A stretch of 64,000 nucleotides of DNA from Spirochaetia bacterium. Its GTDB lineage: Bacteria; Spirochaetota; Spirochaetia; SZUA-6; Bin103. Positions 52,653-61,694 of the stretch are shown in pieces. Position numbers and translations under genes: made by a program. The notes under the pieces were generated by a model. The model was given only the letters and a program-made list of their open reading frames with translations. It did not search any database and was not told the origin of the DNA. The first letter of the stretch is position 1, and each line of letters opens with the position of its first letter. The stretch lies in contig CBDBDQ010000005.1 in assembly GCA_965203905.1 (NCBI GenBank), positions 1,568,001 through 1,632,000 of the forward strand, given 5' to 3'.

Positions 52653-53171
52653 TCAACGAGAGTTCCTGAGCAGCGTCGCAGCCAGCGCGGTGCCGCCGGT
52701 CGCCACCGTCCCAATGATCGACGCGATCACGGCCCCGTGGAGGTTCACACCGATACCACCGCTGGCCGTCCAGTGGAACGGGACGGTCCAGAACCAGAGC
52801 ACGAGCGCCAAGTAGGACACGATCCACGTGAACGCCCCGACCAACACGGACTGCAGAGCCATCCTGAGCTGGTCTACCTGCCGGTGAGGGCGCCGCAGCA
52901 AGCCGGCAGCCAAGAACGTGACGGCCGCCGCCACCATGCCCAGCACGACCGACACGATGGCGGCGTAAACGTGGGGACCACCCATGCCCGGATCCGGGCG
53001 TGCATGGAACGCGGGATAGGTCCAGATCCAGAGTGCCACCGACAGGTACGCGATGAGCGCCGTGTAGGCGCCCAGCAGGGTTGCCAAAAAAAACGCGTGC
53101 GTCCACCAATTCGGACTCACGAGCGACCGACCGCCTTCGGCGGCACGCAGGCCCGTGTACCTGTTCGTCAT
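52653..53171 (-). CDS. Hypothetical protein with about four TM segments
   Basis: Four hydrophobic segments in an open frame; no recognised motif. Confidence 0.55.
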   Translation of the reverse strand: MTNRYTGLRAAEGGRSLVSPNWWTHAFFLATLLGAYTALIAYLSVALWIWTYPAFHARPDPGMGGPHVYAAIVSVVLGMVAAAVTFLAAGLLRRPHRQVDQLRMALQSVLVGAFTWIVSYLALVLWFWTVPFHWTASGGIGVNLHGAVIASIIGTVATGGTALAATLLRNSR

Positions 53172-53227
53172 GGCAGGCAAGCGTAACGCGGCGCGCTACA
53201 CGGCGCAAGCTTCTTTCGAGGCGGCCG

Positions 53228-53421
53228 CGCTGTACGACATTCTCAATGAGCAGCAGCCAGTGACGGCCGAGATGGCAGTTCGATTTGGCAAGCTATTCGG
53301 TAACGGCGCGGAATTCTGGGCGAACCTGCAACGCAAGCTATGACCTGACAGTCGCGGAACGCGCGGTGGACGTCTCCGGGATTCCAACTCTGGCGGTACG
53401 CGGATAGCTGGCCACATCCAC
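53228..53421 (+). pseudogene. Orphan 3' fragment of higA plus 14 bp of downstream flank
   Basis: Aligns with 54447-54639 with a few substitutions and a 1-nt insertion (cgcAagctat). Confidence 0.95.
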
Positions 53422-53943
53422 CTCTACGGCACGGGCGACGCGGCCGCACTGTCGCTGCGTTCCCGGCGCGCCGAGCTGCGCCGCCGCGGCCGCGCCGGGA
53501 CCCTGCCGCTGATCGAGTTCAGCGAACAGGTGGAGCTGGTGCGGGAAGAGGAACGCTGGTCCGTGTATCTCGACTGTGCCGTCGGCTACACCATCCGCTT
53601 CCGCGCCGAAGTGCGCGAGCAGCGTCCCTTCGAGTTCGGCGTGGAGCCGGAGAGCATCATCCTCAAGCCCGGCGAGACCGGTTCCGCCGTGTTCCGCGCG
53701 CGCAACGTCTCCGCCGCCACCGTCAAGGCCAAGGCGGGACACCTGTTCGACCCGCCGGTGGCGTTCCTGCACACCGAGCTGGTGCAGTGCTTCTGCTTCT
53801 TCGAGGATACCTACGCCCCCGGTGAGGAGCGGCAACTCCCGGTTGCGATTCGCCTCGGCTGGTAGGTGCCCGCCGACATCGGCGAGATCACCATGCTATA
53901 CGAGTACTACCCCGTGGACCAGTTCCAGGACCGGCGCTCTTAG
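53422..53943 (+). pseudogene. Orphan 3' fragment of the CtaG-domain gene (diverged allele)
   Basis: Aligns with about 50754-51270; internal TAG at 53863-53865 (GAG in the intact gene); different tail (RRS* vs RRPAPAHDR*). Confidence 0.95.
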
Positions 53944-53995
53944 TCTTCGCTTCATGGCAGCCCGGAGGCTCGAGCACGTCAACCCATGGACGGAT

Positions 53996-54039
53996 GTAAG
54001 GTGATGCTTGACAATCTCGGCTTAGTCTCCTCACCTTAC
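53996..54039 (+). promoter_or_regulatory. higBA promoter with inverted repeat (candidate HigA operator), probably leaderless
   Basis: GTAAGGTGA...TCACCTTAC perfect 9-bp IR around TTGACA (54008-54013); ATG 5 nt later with no SD. Confidence 0.6.
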
Positions 54040-54044
54040 CGTCG

Positions 54045-54323
54045 ATGATCGAAAGCATTCGGCACAAGGCGCTTCGGAACTACTGGACTACGGGCCAGAC
54101 GAAGGGTCTGAGTGCCGAGTGGATCCCGAAGCTGAGGCGGATCATGTCGGCGCTTGAAGCCGCCGACAAGCCGGAGCAGATGAACTATCCGGGGTCGTAT
54201 TTCCATCCCCTGAAGGGCGACCGAGCGGGCCGCTACGCGGTACGTCTTACGGCGAACGTGCGAGTTACGTTCGCATGGGATGACCACGGAGCGGCGGATG
54301 TGGACCTGGAGGACTATCATTGA
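54045..54323 (+). CDS. higB: HigB/RelE-family toxin
   Basis: MIESIRHKAL...FHPLKGDRAGRYAVRLTANVRVTF...DVDLEDYH. Confidence 0.92.
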   Translation: MIESIRHKALRNYWTTGQTKGLSAEWIPKLRRIMSALEAADKPEQMNYPGSYFHPLKGDRAGRYAVRLTANVRVTFAWDDHGAADVDLEDYH

Positions 54324-54625
54324 TGATCGAGAGGCACTCTTCCATAGACCCGGTACATCCCGGGGAGATCCTGCGTCAGGACATCCTGCCGGCGCTTGCG
54401 ATGAGCAAGACGGCCGTTGCGGCCGCACTCGGGGTGTCGCGGCAGACGCTGTACGACATTCTCAATGAGCAGCAGCCAGTGACGGCCGAGATGGCAGTTC
54501 GATTCGGCAAGCTATTCGGTAACGGCGCGGAATTCTGGGCGAACCTGCAACGCAGCTATGACCTGGCAGTCGCGGAACGCACGGTGGACGTCTCCGGGAT
54601 ACCAACTCTGGCGGTACGCGGATAG
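54323..54625 (+). CDS. higA: HigA family antitoxin
   Basis: HPGEILR, LGVSRQTL, VTAEMA.R..K.FG...EFW.NLQ..YDL; TGATG overlap with higB. Confidence 0.93.
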   Translation: MIERHSSIDPVHPGEILRQDILPALAMSKTAVAAALGVSRQTLYDILNEQQPVTAEMAVRFGKLFGNGAEFWANLQRSYDLAVAERTVDVSGIPTLAVRG

Positions 54626-54659
54626 CTGGCCACATCCACGTTCTCGATGCTGGACCGGG

Positions 54660-55523
54660 TCAGGCGCGCTGAGTGCGGTAGATCGTCTCCGGGGTGTTCT
54701 CGATCCGTGACCACCACAGGGCGAGGTCGAAGTCGGGATCGCCGGTGAGGTAGCGCCACAGGCGGATGCGGTTCATCACCTCGACACGGTGCCGCTGACC
54801 GTGCCAGGGGATCGTCTCGCTGAGGATCTTCGCGACCTCGAAGCGGGTCTCGGGATCGTCCAGGTCGCCGGTGTTCCACAGCCGCTGCTGGCGCACGGTG
54901 GGGTTTAGGCGCAGCTTGAACATGTAGCGGTCGCGGTCACTGTGGTTGCTGCGCGCCGCGTGCCACACGTTGGTGTGCCAGAAGAACATGGTGCCCGCCT
55001 CGCACACCGCCTGCACCTGGCCCAGCACGTCCTGGTAGCGGCGGGTGGTGGATTCGTACACGCGCCGGAACTGGCTGCCCGGCAGAAACAGCGTGCCGCC
55101 CGACTCGGCCGGCGTATCCTCCGGAAAAAAGGAGATCTGGATGTCGAAGTGCAGGCGGCGCACGTCGTACTCCGCGTCCTGGTGCAGATTGGCGCCCTTG
55201 CGGGTGTGCGCTGGCGTGAGGTGCGCGGCGTGGTGGTCGTAGCGCGGATCGGGTCCCACCAGGCTGTGGATGATCGCCGCCACCCGCGGCAGCCGGAACA
55301 CCCGCCCCAGCGCCGACTCCGGCTCGCTCCACACTTCGCGGAACGGCGCCGCGCCCTGCGCCCGGGCATGGCGGTGGCTGCCGGAGGCGATTTCCTGCGC
55401 CGCCTCCGCGCACAGGTCGCGCGGCACCAGGTCGTCGCAACGCAGCAGGCCGTCGCGCACGAAGCGGGCCATCTCGCGGCTGGTCAGCCGCAGGTCGGGA
55501 GCGGTGCCGTTGTGCTCAGCCAC
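54660..55523 (-). CDS. Phytanoyl-CoA dioxygenase (PhyH) family Fe(II)/2OG enzyme
   Basis: FVRDG, LHQD (HxD), GGTLFLPGSQ, NVWH, RYMFK. Confidence 0.85.
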   Translation of the reverse strand: MAEHNGTAPDLRLTSREMARFVRDGLLRCDDLVPRDLCAEAAQEIASGSHRHARAQGAAPFREVWSEPESALGRVFRLPRVAAIIHSLVGPDPRYDHHAAHLTPAHTRKGANLHQDAEYDVRRLHFDIQISFFPEDTPAESGGTLFLPGSQFRRVYESTTRRYQDVLGQVQAVCEAGTMFFWHTNVWHAARSNHSDRDRYMFKLRLNPTVRQQRLWNTGDLDDPETRFEVAKILSETIPWHGQRHRVEVMNRIRLWRYLTGDPDFDLALWWSRIENTPETIYRTQRA

Positions 55524-55818
55524 CGATCGCCTCCAGTTTCTCCAGAACGAATTCGAACTCCAGGTAGGAGAGGTCGTACTCCTGGCCCGGATTCGGCGGC
55601 CGCAGGTCGGGGTACTTGATCACCCGCCAGCCGTCGCGCATGGCATCGAGGACGGTGGCGTAGGGCGGCACCGCCTCGCCGGTGGCCTCGTAGGTCTCGT
55701 CGCTGGTGCCGTCGTACAGCGACCAAGCGACCACGTCGGTATCGGGACTGGAGTTGGCCGCGTACAGCACCAGCAGTTTCTGCCGCAGCTCTCCAAGGCC
55801 GTTGGGGCTCGCCGTCAT
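55516..55818 (-). CDS. Small hypothetical protein coupled to the PhyH gene
   Basis: LRQKLLVL...WSLYDGT...PPYATVLDAMRDGWRVI...EFVLEK; 8-bp overlap with PhyH. Confidence 0.7.
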   Translation of the reverse strand: MTASPNGLGELRQKLLVLYAANSSPDTDVVAWSLYDGTSDETYEATGEAVPPYATVLDAMRDGWRVIKYPDLRPPNPGQEYDLSYLEFEFVLEKLEAIGG

Positions 55819-55934
55819 ACTTGAACTCACCCGTGACCGGGTGCCGGAGCCAGTCTGTACCACCCGCGCTGAATCGCGCAACGGGGTTCACAGCCGTCCC
55901 GGTCAGACCAATAATGCAATTCGCGGACAGGCAG

Positions 55935-58172
55935 ATGAAACGGCATCGATGGCAGGTTTCGCTGAACGGGAACTGGAAGTTCAAGACCGATCCCGACGTC
56001 ATGGGCGACGTCTCACCCGACGTGGTGCGCAACACCATCGGCGCCACGCAACAGGAGTGCAAGTTCTTCGACCCGGAGTTCGACGACCGCCACTGGGGCG
56101 AGATCACGGTGCCGGCGTGCTGGCAGGCGGAGGGGCACCTCTACAACGGGGTCGCCTGGTACCGGACCCGTTTCGACTACGCCGCCGGCGACGCAACCGT
56201 GGTACGGCTCGCCTTCCAGGGGGTGGACTACTTCGCCGACGCCTGGATCAACGGCTACTACCTCGGCTCCCACGAGGGGTTTTTCAACCACTTCACCTTC
56301 GATGTCTCACGCTGGATCCGGGACCGCGAAAACCTGCTGGTGGTGCGCGTGGAGTCGCCCAAGGACACCAACGTCAAGGTCGGCCCCAATGAAAAGACCC
56401 TGGTGAAGGGTGCGCTGCAGGACTGGGACTGCAACAACCTCGACATCAACCCCGGCGGCATCTTCGCCGACGTGCGCCTGATCGAGAGCCGCGCCATCGC
56501 CATCGAGCGGGTCAAGGCCACGCCTTACGTCGACGCCGACGGCAAGCAGGCGCGGGTGCACTGCAGGGTGACGCTGGTCAACCCGTCTCGCGAGATCAAG
56601 CAGATGGTGCTGTCCGCGCGCGTGGCGCCGGGCAATTTCGAGGGGCCGGAGAGCGGAACCGAGGCGGAGGTCCGGCACCTGGTACCGGGGGCCTCCGAGC
56701 ACGAGTTGTGGGTGGAGGTGGCCGAGCCGCGGCTGTGGTGGCCGTGGGACATGGGTGAGCAGCACCTGTACCGGTTTTCGGTCACGGCCCGTGCCGGCGG
56801 CGAGGTGCTGGACGAGGTGAGCGACCGCATCGGCCTGCGCCACCTGCGCCAGGTGCCGGGCACCTGGGAGTGCTACGTCAACGGCAAGCGCATCTTCTGC
56901 CGCGGCCCCAACTACCTGTCCGAGCAACTGCAGTCCAACATGTCGCGCGAGAAGTACGCAGCCGACGTACTCCTGATGCGCGAGGCCAACATGAACATGG
57001 TGCGCGTGTACTGCGTGGTGGAGAAGGAGGAGTTCTACGACGTCTGCGACGAACTTGGGATGCTGGTGCTGCAGGACTTCCCGGCCCAGGGCGCGCTGAG
57101 CGATACCAGCGACCTGGTGCGGCGCGCGGTGCCGCAGGCGCGCGACATGGTCAACCAGCTTTACCATCACCCGTCGATCATCACCTGGGCGCTGGGCGAG
57201 CAGCCGAGCATCGAGAACTTCGAGAAGCTGTGCCAGGCACTGGTGACCGCCACCGGCGAGGAGGATCCTTCGAGGTTCCTGCAACAGGGCGCCTGTGTCT
57301 GGGAATGGGAGATCGCCCGCCGCAAGTACGACTGGCCGATCGACTACCACCTGCTGTGCGGCTGGTTCCCGCCCGACATGAACTACCTGATCAAGCCGTT
57401 CCGCACCCTGCCCGCCTCCGAGGGCCCGGCTGGCGATTCGGTGGCGGATCTGGCGCTCAAGAAACGCGTCCTGCTGGAGTTCGTCGGGGAGTTCGGGTCG
57501 CCCGAGTCGCTGCCAAACCTGGAATCGCTGCGCCGGTTTCTGCCCGAAGAGGAGCTGTGGCCGCTGGACTGGAAGGCGCTGGAGCGGCGCTGCCTGCACG
57601 GCGCGATCCTGCGGCGCTGGATTCCCGAGCCGCAGAGCCTGCAACAACTGATCGACGACAGCCAGGGCTACCAAGCGTTCCTCTACAAGTACCACGTCGA
57701 GTTCTACCGCCGGCACAAGTTCGATCCCTGCAACGGCTGCCTGTTCTTCCACTTCAAGGACTGCTGGCCGGCGATCACCGCGTCGGTGGTGGACTACTAC
57801 GGGGTGAAGAAGAAGGCATACCACACGCTCAAGCATGCGTTCACTCCGCTGCACGTGATCATGGAGTGGCCGGACCTGGAGGGCGAAACCGCCGGCACGA
57901 CGCTGCGCAAGCGGGTGCACGTGGTGAACGACCTGCACCGTCCCCACGACTCGCTCACGGTCCAGTGGCGGGTCAGCGACGCCGCCGGCAGCGTCCAGGC
58001 CGCCGACAGCATCCCCTGCCGCGTTCCCGAGAACGGCATCGCCGACGTGGGCGAGGTGGCATGGCAGATCCCCGCGGACGCCGCCGAGCCATACCGGATC
58101 CGGCTCCGCCTCGACGCAGCCGACCAGCACGTGTCCGACAACGAGTACCTGGTCAAGGTACGCCCCGGGTGA
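55935..58172 (+). CDS. Glycoside hydrolase family 2 (beta-mannosidase-like)
   Basis: SLNGNWKF, VP, AWYR, FQGVDY...WING..LGSHEG.F, PRLWWP, NMNMVRV, CDELGMLV.QDF, HPSI, GEFG, DCWP, VVDY. Confidence 0.88.
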   Translation: MKRHRWQVSLNGNWKFKTDPDVMGDVSPDVVRNTIGATQQECKFFDPEFDDRHWGEITVPACWQAEGHLYNGVAWYRTRFDYAAGDATVVRLAFQGVDYFADAWINGYYLGSHEGFFNHFTFDVSRWIRDRENLLVVRVESPKDTNVKVGPNEKTLVKGALQDWDCNNLDINPGGIFADVRLIESRAIAIERVKATPYVDADGKQARVHCRVTLVNPSREIKQMVLSARVAPGNFEGPESGTEAEVRHLVPGASEHELWVEVAEPRLWWPWDMGEQHLYRFSVTARAGGEVLDEVSDRIGLRHLRQVPGTWECYVNGKRIFCRGPNYLSEQLQSNMSREKYAADVLLMREANMNMVRVYCVVEKEEFYDVCDELGMLVLQDFPAQGALSDTSDLVRRAVPQARDMVNQLYHHPSIITWALGEQPSIENFEKLCQALVTATGEEDPSRFLQQGACVWEWEIARRKYDWPIDYHLLCGWFPPDMNYLIKPFRTLPASEGPAGDSVADLALKKRVLLEFVGEFGSPESLPNLESLRRFLPEEELWPLDWKALERRCLHGAILRRWIPEPQSLQQLIDDSQGYQAFLYKYHVEFYRRHKFDPCNGCLFFHFKDCWPAITASVVDYYGVKKKAYHTLKHAFTPLHVIMEWPDLEGETAGTTLRKRVHVVNDLHRPHDSLTVQWRVSDAAGSVQAADSIPCRVPENGIADVGEVAWQIPADAAEPYRIRLRLDAADQHVSDNEYLVKVRPG

Positions 58173-58484
58173 GCGGCGGAGACGCGCCTGGCCCGCCTCG
58201 AAGGCCTATTCCAGCGGTGCGATCTACGTGTCCCCAAGAACAGGGAGCTGCTCGGCTATCGGTGCACGAAGTCGCTCTGCATCGACGGTGAGCGGATCGA
58301 CTTCGGCGGCGACGGCGTCCGCGACGCCGCCGACCCCTACCGGTAGTTGTGCGGTGCCGTCGAAAGGGCAGCGTTTGACGCCTCCGAAATGGCAAATTAC
58401 GTTTGTCTCCGGGGATCCGATGGCATGTGCGCGGCAGGTGGCGTGGCATGCGCATGGGGTCCGCCAGAATACGGGAGGAGATTC

Positions 58485-58760
58485 ATGACCACCGCAGATA
58501 TCGAGTCAAGGCTGAAGGAGCTTCACGGGCTGCCTACGCCGGTACGTTCGTGGATCGTCGCGATGGGTCCCGACTCTACAGACAACCCCGCGGTATGGGT
58601 GTGGATTGTCCTGGAGCGCGAGTTCGACGAAGTCGATCCCAGCGAACGGGCAGATCTGCGGGATCTTGTACGCGCTTCGGTGCGTGGCTGGGTTGGCGAT
58701 GAGGCGAATTGGGTGTACGTGCGATTCCACGACGGTGTCTTGTCCGGGTCAGTACCTTGA
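58485..58760 (+). CDS. Small MNT-like antitoxin
   Basis: GPDSTDNPAVWVWIVL...VYVRF; GGAGGAG SD; stop overlaps the HEPN start. Confidence 0.55.
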   Translation: MTTADIESRLKELHGLPTPVRSWIVAMGPDSTDNPAVWVWIVLEREFDEVDPSERADLRDLVRASVRGWVGDEANWVYVRFHDGVLSGSVP

Positions 58761-59254
58761 GCTTTCACAACGATCTGTTGCGCCAAGCTCGTCATCTTGC
58801 CACCAAGGAACCGAGACGGCCACTGCAGGCAAGCCTGCGGCGAGCGACATCGGCGGCCTACTATGCTCTCTTCCACTTGTTGGTCGATGAAGCGGTACGC
58901 CGCATGGTTTCTGCACCTTGGCTGCCACTTCGCGATTGCTTGAAGCGTGCATTCGACCACGGAAATATGAAGAAGGTGGCACAGCAGTTCGCGAATGCCA
59001 ACGTCGCTCCAAGGCTCAGTCCCGGACAGTCACTCCAGCCGGAACTCAGGAAGGTCGCTGAGACGTTTGTCGATCTTCAGGAGGCCCGTCATGAGGCAGA
59101 CTACAATACCGCGTGGCGGGCGACTCGTCCGGACACTGTGGGGGTGATTGAGCAGACGGAGCAGGCTTTTTCGGCTTGGCGGACCGTGCGACGTACCGTC
59201 CAGGCCGACACCTTTCTGGTAGGCCTGTTGGCCTATAACCAGATGCGCGGCTAA
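58757..59254 (+). CDS. HEPN domain protein
   Basis: LRRATSAAYYALFH and LQEARHEADY motifs. Confidence 0.8.
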   Translation: MSFHNDLLRQARHLATKEPRRPLQASLRRATSAAYYALFHLLVDEAVRRMVSAPWLPLRDCLKRAFDHGNMKKVAQQFANANVAPRLSPGQSLQPELRKVAETFVDLQEARHEADYNTAWRATRPDTVGVIEQTEQAFSAWRTVRRTVQADTFLVGLLAYNQMRG

Positions 59255-59313
59255 GCTGAGACGATCCGCTGCTGCTCGGGCACGAGACGGTGGACGTGGT
59301 CGAGAGTCGTTCG

Positions 59314-59527
59314 ACTGTCTGCGGTGACCGTCGGCGAATACAAGCCGGAATCGAGATCACCCGGGAGTACGACAGTGCCAAGGCTGCAGAGATCGAAGCG
59401 TGGCTCAGCCAGATCTTGGGGTCACGTAGCGTAGTGCCGATGGATGCGACAGCGCGGATTATCAGGCGACCGGCATCACCGATGCGGTCCCGGACGCGCG
59501 GAGCTCGCTACACAACCAGTGCCGGCA
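59314..59527 (+). pseudogene. Fused remnants: central PIN/VapC segment plus 78 bp of the DUF433-like gene
   Basis: LSAVTVGE(frameshift)IQAGIEITRE..AKAAEIEAWL...PMD; 59450-59527 aligns without gaps to 63598-63675. Confidence 0.8.
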
Positions 59528-59633
59528 TACATTCCACGAACGAGTACTGAGTAATTCCGTGTCTGTTGATAGGCAAGGCGGCCGCACAAGTGGCTATCTA
59601 CCCGGTTTGTCGCCAACGGCTCGTGGGTTCGAG

Positions 59634-60125
59634 TCAGTTGGAGTCGTGGAACAGGCGCCGGTCCCACCAGACGGGAGTCTCCAGACCGACCGTCAGGGCG
59701 GCGAACTCCCCGTGCCGAGTGTTGATGACGATGTTGCGCTCCATGCGTGCGACGACCGATGGGACGATCAGGATTGCGCAGCGATTCTCCGCATACCAGG
59801 CGCGCCCGAAGCGGCGGGCTGCTTCCCCACTCGCGTGGGCCCAGTTCGGGACCATATCCGCCGTTACCACTTCATAGCTGGTGCCCATTGGTATCGTGAT
59901 CTCGATGAAGTGCTGGTTCGGCGGCGGGACGCCGTTCCAGTGCGCGAGCATTTCCAGCATGGCGGTCGAGTAGGTTGCGGAGGCGTAGATTACTTCAGCG
60001 CCGGCCTCATGCCATCTGCCGGTGACGCGGCGCGCGCCTTCCGCGTTCCAGACCGGGAACTGACCCGCCGGATCGCCGATTCGATACGCGCGCATCGTCT
60101 CCGGAAGCGTTTGCGGCGTCGTCAA
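59634..60125 (-). CDS. RES domain toxin (MbcT/ParT-like)
   Basis: AYRI, GA..V.GRWH, IYAS...TAMLE, VPSVV..ERNIVIN..H, WDRRLF. Confidence 0.9.
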   Translation of the reverse strand: MTTPQTLPETMRAYRIGDPAGQFPVWNAEGARRVTGRWHEAGAEVIYASATYSTAMLEMLAHWNGVPPPNQHFIEITIPMGTSYEVVTADMVPNWAHASGEAARRFGRAWYAENRCAILIVPSVVARMERNIVINTRHGEFAALTVGLETPVWWDRRLFHDSN

Positions 60126-60613
60126 AGAGCTGTGCCGGCCTCCGCCCGGCGGATGAGATTGAGGACCGCTTCGGTGCCCGCCGAGCTGGAGCGCGCCATG
60201 TCGAACGGCGTCTCGCCGTCCAGCAGCGGATGTGGGCGGTTCAGGAACGCTTCGATCGCGTCCCGGTCACCGTGGTAGGCGCGGCTGACCGCATCGACGA
60301 CGCGTCCCACCTCGTAGAGCCGCTCGCTGAGCTGCCTCGACAGCGCCTTCCCGGCTTTGCGCACCCGCCTGAGCGTGGCCTCCGGGACCACCGGCCCGAC
60401 TACCCGGCTCCGGCCGAGCACCTCGGCCAAGGCGATGGCTGACGCCGGGAGCAATCCGCCGGAGACGATCCGCGCAAGCTGCACATCGCTCAGAATATCC
60501 GCTTCGTCTATCGCCAGAAGCATCGCGACCCGCGAAGCCTCGCTCGCCGGCACCTCGGTCGGGTCGGCATATACCTGCAGAGGTGCCGGCCGCCTGAATG
60601 ATGGAGGCGTCAT
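60122..60613 (-). CDS. Xre/MbcA/ParS antitoxin
   Basis: VPEATLRR...LS...SERL, FLNRPHPLLDGETPFDM...G.EAV; 4-bp overlap with RES. Confidence 0.9.
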   Translation of the reverse strand: MTPPSFRRPAPLQVYADPTEVPASEASRVAMLLAIDEADILSDVQLARIVSGGLLPASAIALAEVLGRSRVVGPVVPEATLRRVRKAGKALSRQLSERLYEVGRVVDAVSRAYHGDRDAIEAFLNRPHPLLDGETPFDMARSSSAGTEAVLNLIRRAEAGTAL

Positions 60614-60804
60614 ATGACGATTGTACGGCGATCATTCGACGGTTCGCAATAGGGTAGCAGAACACGCGCGCGAACGGTTCGTCGCAGCAGGCCAGGCACC
60701 TCGGCGAAAGCGATAGTGTTATATTCGATGCTTCAAGGTGTCGCAGCCGCAGATCGGCTTCGCTGACGGCAGGGTTGACTTGGCTGCGTTTCCTGCGGTC
60801 GCTT

Positions 60805-61694
60805 GTGATTCTCGAGGTTCGACACATCGTAAAACGCTTTGCCGCTCATCTTGCGGTGGACGATGTCTCCTTTCTGGCTCAACCCGGTGAGATCTTCGGG
60901 TTGCTCGGACCGAACGGCGCCGGCAAGACCACCATCATCCGCATGATCATGAACCTCCTGACCCCGGACTCGGGCGAGGTGCTGTTCGACGGCAGGCCGG
61001 TGGAGGAGCGGGACAAGAACCGCATCGGCTACCTCCCCGAAGAGCGCGGCCTGTACCGGCGTCAGACGGTCGCCGAGGTATTGACCTACCTGGCGGCACT
61101 CAAGGGCGTGCCGAGGTCGCAATCGGCGGCGACGATCCGATCGTGGCTGACTCGATTCGACTTGGCTGACTGGCACGACCAAGGGGTCGACCGGCTCTCC
61201 AGGGGAATGGCTCAGAAGGTGCAGTTCATCGCGGCGGTGGTCCACGACCCGAGATCATTTTCTTCGACGAGCCGTTCGCCGGCATCGATCCGGTCGCCAT
61301 CGACGTCCTGCGTGCCGCGCTGGTGGAGCTGGCCCGGACGGGTAAGACGGTCCTGTTCTCCAGCCACATGATGGAGCAGGCCGAGCGCACCTGCGAACGG
61401 GTGCACATCATCGACCAGGCTAGAACCGTCCTCGACGGTCGCTTGAGCGAGACAAAGGATCACTTCGGTACGCGTACCAGTCATGTAGAGGTAGAAGGGG
61501 ATGCCTCATTCCTGCGCGATGATCCTGCGGTAGCTCAGCTGACCGGGTATCCGAACTACCTGGAGATCGAGCCTGCCGACGGGGTCGCTCCTGATCGGAT
61601 CCTCAAGCGGCTGATCGAACGGCTGCGCGTGCGCCGGTTCGAGGCGGTATCCCCTTCACTGCACCGCATCTTCAGGGAGCACGTGAGACGGTGA
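60805..61694 (+). CDS. ABC-2 type transporter ATP-binding protein, frameshift at about 61251
   Basis: GPNGAGKTT, GYLPEERGLY, LSRGMAQK; IFFDEPF and FSSH follow in another frame after one missing base (gacccgagatc). Confidence 0.88.

Noticed and set aside
58173-58345. Short coding-like stretch after the GH2 stop
   Set aside because: No start codon or recognisable family; may be another orphan gene tail but cannot be supported here
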